NCBI GenBank assembly: GCA_037447605.1
Contig: JBBHKD010000087.1
Span: forward strand, 1 to 5,070
DNA length: 5,070 nt
Origin: Zygnema circumcarinatum SAG 698-1b
Taxonomy: Eukaryota; Plantae; Zygnematophyceae
Direction: 5' to 3'
Shown: positions 1-5,070 of the stretch, one piece after another
Layout of the letters: each line of letters opens with the position of its first letter
Numbering within the stretch: the first letter of the stretch is position 1
Translations under genes and position numbers: made by a program
The notes under the pieces: generated by a model
Told to the model about the DNA's origin: nothing
What the model saw: only the letters and a program-made list of their open reading frames with translations
The model's database searches: none

Positions 1-246
1 GCAAAATGAATTTTCGACAACGCGCTGTACTGCGCAGACGGGAAATGCCTGCGTGGTCAGCGCCTAAGGACGTGGCAGTGCTATTTAGAGGGGACGAAGG
101 CGGTCAGCTGAGTCACTAGCAGGCCGGCTGACGTTCCTCTCAACCCGGCAACCCTGTCTAGGCGGCGGCACGCTGGTCTGAGCTCCTCAAAGGTTTGGCT
201 GCCGGAGTCAGGTTCTGGGCCAGAAGGCTGAATGTGGCGGCATAGG
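1..246 (+). pseudogene. pol: Degenerate RNase H C-terminal half of pol, element A
   Basis: Joining frames across small indels gives VVSA-LRTWQCYLEG (agg acg tgg cag tgc tat tta gag ggg, 67-93), then LTFLST, LSRR..RWSELL and RLNVA (225-239). These match the Ty3/Gypsy RNase H motifs ALKxWRxYLEG, LSRRQARW and YRPGxxNVADxLSR. An in-frame TAG follows at 244-246. Confidence 0.85.
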
Positions 247-1700
247 TGGCGGCCTCGCATCTGCCTGGATGGCTGCGCTCGTCGCTCGGAGTGTGGTGGA
301 GCGGGGATGGCAGAGGGTGAGGGCCGGCCGGCCCCGAGTCTCAGGACCTTCAGCCTCTTTTTCATAGATCCCTCCACCAGTGACGCAGTCAACCCTCCTG
401 CTCTCTCTGATCTCAGACAGATGATCCAGGAGGGGTATACTGGTGATCCTTTGTTCCTGGATGGCCAAGGTAATGGCTATAGGGACAAAGTGGTGTCTAA
501 GGACGGATTCTGGTACCACGGCCGATGCCGTCGTCCAAGAGCTCGGCCTGCAGCAGCTCATCTAGGTGGCTGCATGATCCTCCAGTACCAAGGTCACGCA
601 TCAAAGTTCCAGAACCCGTGAGGCGCTGCTCCGTGAGTTGTGGTGGCCTGGACTCTCGAGGGATGTGAAAGCGTATGTACTCGCTTGTCCAACTTGTCAA
701 CGAAACAAACCCCGCACTAGCAGGATCCCTGGCCAGCTGCAACCCCTCACACCTCCTTTTCGGAAATGGGATAGTGTGGGTATGGACTTGATCACAGATC
801 TTCCTGTGACACCTCGGGGGCATGACTCCATCCTCGTCTTTGTCGATCGACTCAGCAAGATGGTGCATTTTGCACCAACTACTAAGACCGCTGGGGCCGA
901 CGAGATTGCACGGTTGTGTGTTGACAAAGCTGGAGCCGGCATGGTCTTCCATCCAGAGATTATGTCTGGCCCATGATCCACGATCACCAGCCATTTTTGT
1001 GGGCGGGAGTGCCTGCAAGTGACACCTCAGAGCCGGCAGGCCGCGTGAGTGCGCTTCCTCGCAAACTGATGGCCAGCGGAACGGGTGAATGGGATTCCTG
1101 GAGGATTCCTCCGGCATTATGTGGGACCTACCCGGATGGGTGGGACGAGCTCTGAGTCGGCTGGTCTCCATCCTCAATAATGTTGCAAGTGACTGCGTGC
1201 CCACCCCTTTCTTCTGAATACCACATCCCTCTAAATCCCCTGCAACCAGGGGATCGCCCTGAGTGCGTGGAACATGGCGTCCACAGAACCCCGATCCTGG
1301 AATCTGGAGGGGCTGATCCAGACTCAACCTCAGCAGTCCAGATCTTTTGTGGCTAAGTGTCTGAGGCACTGCAAGGGCACGGGCGGCTCCTCCTAGCGGC
1401 ACCCGGTCACGACAAAAGGCCTGTGCTGACCGTCACCGTACCCAACTCACCTTGGGCGAAGCGAATGGGGTGTACTGATCAGCGAGACTGAGATTCAAAG
1501 CTTATGGCGGGAAACCCGTGAGCTGGTCCCAGTCTTCATGGACCTTTGGGGGTCAGGAAGCGAATCGTGTGAGTGTCGCTTGCAGGTTGGATTTACCATC
1601 CCACATGAAGGTGCATCCGGTCTTTCATGTGGGTTTGCTAAAGGTCTACCGTAGCGATGGGAGGATCCAACCACCCCCCCCACCAGTGGAACTTGAAGGT
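247..1700 (+). pseudogene. pol: Frameshifted RNase H-integrase linker and integrase (zinc finger, catalytic core, GPF region), element A
   Basis: ORF 638-976 reads WWPGLSRDVKAYVLACPTCQRNK...WDSVGMDLITDLP...DSILVFVDRLSKMVHF, with the first catalytic D at 785-787. A degenerate HGLPxEIMS.HDPRxTSHF lies at ~939-998. QTDGQ(T)ERVN lies at 1062-1090 with a 1-nt loss. A degenerate MGPF lies at ~1538-1547, followed by RLDLPSHMKVHPVFHVGLLK. Confidence 0.92.
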
Positions 1701-1709
1701 GAACTTGAG

Positions 1710-1862
1710 TATGAAGTTGAAACCATTCAAGCCCACCGTCTTGTGAGAAAGGGTCGATCTTCCCGTCACGAATACCTCGTGAAGTGGTTGGGCTATGGGG
1801 TTGAACATAGCACATGGGAAGCCGAGGGCAACTTAACCAATTGCCAGGAGCTCATGACTTAT
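1710..1862 (+). other. Integrase C-terminal chromodomain coding region (within ORF 1518-1940)
   Basis: The translation YEVETIQAHR...EYLVKWLGYGVEHSTWEAEGNLTNCQELMTY is a canonical chromodomain pattern (Y/F-E-V-E-x-I ... YLVKWxGY ... TWE ... NL). Confidence 0.93.
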
Positions 1863-2042
1863 GTCCAAAGGCGGCCCAGAAAGCGGGCAAGGCACAGCGG
1901 GGTCAGGCGGGTGGCGCATTGGGAAAGGGGACTTGCATGAATCCACTGACACAGGTTCTCACGTGAGCTGGACGCATGCCGTTGAAACTGAGGATGCCTT
2001 TGCTCTTCCCCACACGCAATGAGCGAGGGCATTCACATTCTC

Positions 2043-2054
2043 AGGGGGGGGTAA
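2043..2054 (+). other. Polypurine tract (plus-strand primer) of element A
   Basis: A(G)8 at 2043-2051 plus a TAA spacer immediately before the LTR-initial TG at 2055, about 100 nt after the pol stop codon. Confidence 0.9.
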
Positions 2055-2129
2055 TGTGGCGGAAACCACCCACAGTCACCCCAAGGGGAAGGGTTACTTA
2101 GAGCCCGGCGTGGCTTTATGTTTCCATCC

Positions 2130-2210
2130 AATGCAGTACCTAACGGTTAGGGCATCGGATACCCTATAGGACGACGGAGGTCCTAGGTTCGAACCATAAG
2201 AACTGGTTCA
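2130..2210 (+). ncRNA. Degenerate tRNA-like / Pol III internal-promoter-like module inside LTR A (not a functional tRNA)
   Basis: TA-CCTAACGGTTAGGGCA (2137-2154) fits a tRNA D-arm/A-box lacking G10. AGGTC-CTAGG-TTCGAAC (2178-2194) fits the variable loop, T-stem and T-loop/B-box. The anticodon-arm interval is 6 nt too long and has no canonical loop. Confidence 0.45.
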
Positions 2211-2727
2211 CCCGTGGGGCCGCCACATAATCTCTATGGGCCCCACGTCAGCGGCCAAGGTCCCCTCCTCTCAGCGTAGAGGAGGATCACGGACTAACGG
2301 CACCACGGGACCAATCCGGTCTCGCGGTTGGATCTCGGGCCGCGGCCCGGATCCCCCTTTTGGACTTCTCCGTTCGTCCGTACAATAACGGTTACCCGTT
2401 GGTACGGACAAGCTGACAGTCGGACCCCGCGCCGCGCGCGTAGGATCCGACCGTGCACTGACATACGGCGGCGCGCCGCGTCGCGGCGCACGCCGCGGAA
2501 TGCGGCAAGCATTCGTACGTTGTACACCTCTGACCCATTTGAGTCAGAGAGGGACACGTGGCAGTCTGCCATTGGACAGCCCTGCTTCCAATCCTCCATG
2601 CTGGTAGGAGGTTCAACGGGGGAAGCGTAAAGGGGCGAGGGTGACTGTCGTCACCCAACCAACGTACCGGCATTCGGTTGCACCCCTGCCCAGGGCTGCG
2701 CCACTCTCTGAAGCTCTCGCTCTCTTG

Positions 2728-2747
2728 CTCTCTCTCTCTCTCTCTCT
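2728..2747 (+). repeat. (CT)10 microsatellite in the 3' part of LTR A
   Basis: Directly visible. The CT-rich tract extends back to ~2714. Confidence 0.95.
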
Positions 2748-2816
2748 AACTGAACTCGAAGTGCTGGTCGAGTGTTTTTCCGCGCAGGCTGAAGGAGTCA
2801 GTTCTCAGCCGTTACA

Positions 2817-3437
2817 AAGTGGGTATACAGGCCTGGTAGGCTGAATGTAGCGGACCCACTTAGCAGGCAACCCATTCATCTAGCCTGGATGGTGCGCTCG
2901 TCGACTCGAGTGTTGGTGGTACGAGATGGTGGAGACGAAGGGCCGGCCAACCCAGCGTTTACATCTCCAGTATGTTTTGTCATAAACCCTTCCACCAGTG
3001 ACGCAGTCAACCCTCCTGCTCTCTCTGATTTCAGACAGATGATTCAGGAGGGGTACACTGGTGATCCTTTGTTCCTGGACGGCCAAGGCAATGGCTATAA
3101 GAACAAGCTCGTGCTTCGGGACGGTTTTTGGTACCACGATAAGCAGTTAGTCGTACCCAAGGCTGGATCTGTACGGCAGCTCATACTGAGTGAGATGCAC
3201 GATCCTCCGTACAGGGGCCATATGGGAGTTGCCAAAACCCGTGAAGCACTACTCCGAGAATTCTGGTGGCCCGGAATTACAGCGGACGTGGAGGCGTATG
3301 TACTCGCATGCCCAACTTGTCAGCGGGATAAGCCTCGCACGGGACGTGTGCTTGGCTTGCTCCAGCCCCTCGCCCCTGCTCCCGGGAAATGGGAGAGTGC
3401 TGGTATTGGATTTGATCAGGGATTCTCATATCTTTGA
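2817..3437 (+). pseudogene. pol: Open pol frame of fragment B: RNase H end, linker and integrase HHCC zinc finger, degenerating from ~3410 to 3660
   Basis: The frame is open from 2817: KWVYRPGRLNVADPLSRQPIHLAW, then ORF 2889-3437. The zinc finger H-X6-H-X29-C-X2-C (HDPPYRGH...CPTC) spans 3198-3320. Downstream remnants (DSI, MVH, GHFWKEIL-like) carry many indels. Confidence 0.92.
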
Positions 3438-3660
3438 TAGCTCAAGCTTTGACTCCATCCCTCGTGTTCTCGAGGTCACAAATGGTCCATTTGCAGCCAT
3501 GTGAGCGGCGAGTGCCAACGGATGGCACTGTATCTTGACAAGGTCTCGGAGATCAGCATGGACTTCAATCTGAGTAACCTCAGGTGGTGATGCCGATCCT
3601 GGCCATTCTGGAAAGAAAATCCTCCAGATTGTCGGGACTGCAGGCCGCTGTGAGTCCAGC
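2817..3660 (+). mobile_element. Fragment B: internal pol segment of a related chromovirus, bounded by two LTR termini
   Basis: Homologous to ~215-1050 of element A. It begins at the base after the terminal CA of LTR A and ends at the base before the initial TG of LTR C. Confidence 0.92.
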
Positions 3661-3730
3661 TGTAGCGGAGCGCTCCAGTCACCCCAAGGGAAGGTTACTT
3701 AGAGCTCGGCGTGGCTTTATGTTTCCATCC

Positions 3731-3811
3731 AATGCAGTACCTAACGGTTAGGGCATCGGATACCCTATAGGACCACGGAGGTCCTAGGTTCGAACCGTAA
3801 GAACTGGTTCA
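3731..3811 (+). ncRNA. Second copy of the degenerate tRNA-like module, inside LTR C
   Basis: Offset +1601 from the LTR A copy with 2 substitutions. The D-arm-like segment and GGTTCGAACC (3787-3796) are identical. Confidence 0.45.
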
Positions 3812-4283
3812 CCCGTGGGGCCGCCACATAATCTCTATGGGCCCCACGTCAGCGGCCAAGGTCCCCTCCTCTCAGCGTAGGGGAGGATCAGGCAGGCGGC
3901 ACACGGACAATCGAGCCTCACGATTGGATGTGAGGCCACGGCCCGGGTGCCCCCTTGGAATTCCCCTGCGTCCGTCGTGGCGCCCGTTGGTGCCGTGGGC
4001 TGACGATGCCGCGCGCGCGCATGATGCGGCGTGGCTGGCGTGCGCGCGCGCCGCCGGGTGGCGGCACGCCGAGGATGCGAGAGCATTCATGCAGTATCTC
4101 TCTACAACCCGTTCGAGTCAGAGGAACACGTGGCAGCCTGCCGTGGGCAGCCTGCTTCCAATCCTGCCTTGCCTGGTAGGAGGTCAGCAGGGGAGCGTAA
4201 AGGGCATGGGTGGCCCTCGTCACCAAGCCAAGTTTACCGGCATTCGGTTGCACCCCTGCCCAGGGCTGCGCCACCCTCTGAAG

Positions 4284-4309
4284 CTCTCTCTCTCTCCCTC
4301 TCTCTCTTT
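4284..4309 (+). repeat. Interrupted (CT)n tract in LTR C
   Basis: Directly visible, at the position equivalent to the (CT)10 tract in LTR A. Confidence 0.9.
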
Positions 4310-4369
4310 GCTGAACTCTGAAGTGCAATTGATTCCGCGCAGGCTGAAGGGTTTTTTCAGTCGTTACAT

Positions 4370-4382
4370 TGGTATCAGAGCC
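4370..4382 (+). other. Primer-binding site complementary to the 3' end of plant-type initiator tRNA-Met
   Basis: TGGTATCAGAGCC begins 1 nt after the LTR-terminal CA. This is the well-known PBS of many plant LTR retrotransposons. Confidence 0.95.
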
Positions 4383-4421
4383 GCGTTGCGGCCTTCTTCT
4401 TTTGGGAGAACCTAGTGGGTC

Positions 4422-5070
4422 ATGGTGACCACTCGCCGGGCCGGAGGGGACCCGGGGCCCTCGGGGCCGCCACCTCCACCACCTCTCCCTCGGGCGATGA
4501 TGGAGGAGGACTTGGAGGCTGCGGCCACCCCATGCAAAGGGCCGTCCCGAGCCCACGTGACCACGGGGTCATCCGGCAGCTCCTGCCCCCTTTCCCCCGC
4601 ATCACCGGACAACACTCCGCAGATGGCGATGCCCATGGTGGGGGTGCCCACATCACGGTGACGCTCCTGAAGATGAAGAGGAAGTCTCGGAAAAGGATGT
4701 AGAGGCGGCAGCGCGTGGAGCACTCAGTGGCCTGTGGGAGGGCAGGTTGACGACATGGAGCTCACCGGTGCGGGCTTAATGGACACGCTCAAATGGAGTT
4801 TCGGGCCTTTGCGGGGCAGGCTCCGGAGGGTCGAGGAAGGTGCTGCCTGAATCCCCCCGCCTGCGAGGCGTGGGATCCAGCGGGCCCTGGGAGGGGCATG
4901 CAGCCAAGCCACTTCCCAAGATGGCATCGACTCTCCGAGCACCCAACCAGGCTCCCCAAAGCGGCCGCAGACTGGACCCCACCCAGTTTTTCCCCACGGG
5001 GAGTCCTCCCACGGGGTGGCGACCACCCGCAGTGGGGGTCCCGTGGGGGCAGCCTCCTGGGCGGAGGTTG
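4422..5070 (+). pseudogene. gag: Probable gag N-terminal region of element C (low complexity, frameshifted)
   Basis: The first ATG lies ~40 nt after the PBS (MVTTRRAGGDPGPSGPPPPPP...), and that frame stops at 4659-4661. An acidic stretch (GDAPEDEEEVSEKDVEAA) continues in another frame. No recognisable capsid motif is present, so the call is positional. Confidence 0.6.

Larger units (their letters stand above)
1..2816 (+). mobile_element. Element A: 3' part of a Ty3/Gypsy chromovirus LTR retrotransposon (5' end lies upstream of the window)
   Basis: Domain order RNase H > integrase (zinc finger, core) > chromodomain > PPT > LTR (TG...CA) is the Ty3/Gypsy chromovirus arrangement. Confidence 0.95.
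2055..2816 (+). repeat. 3' LTR of element A (762 bp)
   Basis: Starts TGTGGCGG and ends CCGTTACA (imperfect terminal inverted repeat, TG...CA). It follows the PPT and aligns end to end with 3661-4368. Confidence 0.95.
3661..4368 (+). repeat. 5' LTR of element C (708 bp)
   Basis: Starts TGTAGCGG and ends TCGTTACA. It is homologous to 2055-2816 and is followed after 1 nt by a PBS. Confidence 0.95.
3661..5070 (+). mobile_element. Element C: 5' part of a related Ty3/Gypsy LTR retrotransposon (continues past the window)
   Basis: Order LTR > PBS > ATG-initiated ORF. Family assignment rests on LTR homology to element A. Confidence 0.9.

Noticed and set aside
373-480. RIP or methylation-driven C>T decay as the cause of the A/B differences
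   Set aside because: The changes go in both directions, 4 of 5 are synonymous, only one is in a CpG context, and CpG is abundant in the LTRs.
497-1402. 301-aa minus-strand ORF and the other minus-strand ORFs over pol
   Set aside because: These are antisense shadows of integrase coding sequence in GC-rich DNA with no recognisable motifs.
2130-2210. A functional tRNA gene
   Set aside because: G10 is missing, the anticodon arm is 6 nt too long with no U33-type loop, and the T-stem and acceptor stem are imperfect. It is kept only as a tRNA-like module.
2817-2821. AAGTG and CCAGC (3656-3660) as a matching target-site duplication
   Set aside because: They do not match and belong to two different insertions whose partner ends lie outside the window.
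2055-4368. The two LTRs as the paired ends of one small non-autonomous element (TRIM/LARD-like) with B as its interior
   Set aside because: The signals are inside-out: the PPT lies before the first LTR and the PBS after the second, with neither inside. The flanks do not form a TSD, and the LTR middles are too diverged for a pair.
2294-4556. ORFs within the LTRs (e.g. 2328-2630, 3837-4415, 3918-4556)
   Set aside because: They are Arg/Ala/Pro-rich translations of GC-rich LTR sequence, and the frames are not preserved between the two LTR copies.
5013-5060. G-quadruplex from four G-runs
   Set aside because: The loops are long and the G-runs are better explained as paired within the 4992-5048 hairpin.
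1-5070. CRISPR array, host gene or additional cargo gene
   Set aside because: There are no regularly spaced short repeats, and essentially the whole window is accounted for by retrotransposon sequence.

Overview
The window is filled with same-strand (+) pieces of at least three related Ty3/Gypsy chromovirus-type LTR retrotransposons. Element A (1-2816) is the 3' half of an element: a frameshifted RNase H-integrase-chromodomain region, a polypurine tract and a 762-bp 3' LTR (2055-2816). Fragment B (2817-3660) is an 844-bp internal pol piece, running from the RNase H C-terminus to the middle of the integrase core, cut at both ends exactly at LTR termini. Element C (3661-5070) starts with a 708-bp 5' LTR (3661-4368), a plant-type tRNA-iMet primer-binding site and the start of a frameshifted gag. 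The simplest reading is two nested insertions (A and C) into an older relative (B), probably in a green-lineage host; a GC-rich green alga is my inference. The most unusual observation is in the LTRs: they are strongly diverged in the middle but share a ~97% identical 5' block containing a degenerate tRNA-like module (D-arm/A-box, AGGTC variable loop, GGTTCGAACC B-box) followed by two strong hairpins. All alignments and foldings were done by eye and no searches were run. Many frameshifts may be sequencing errors.
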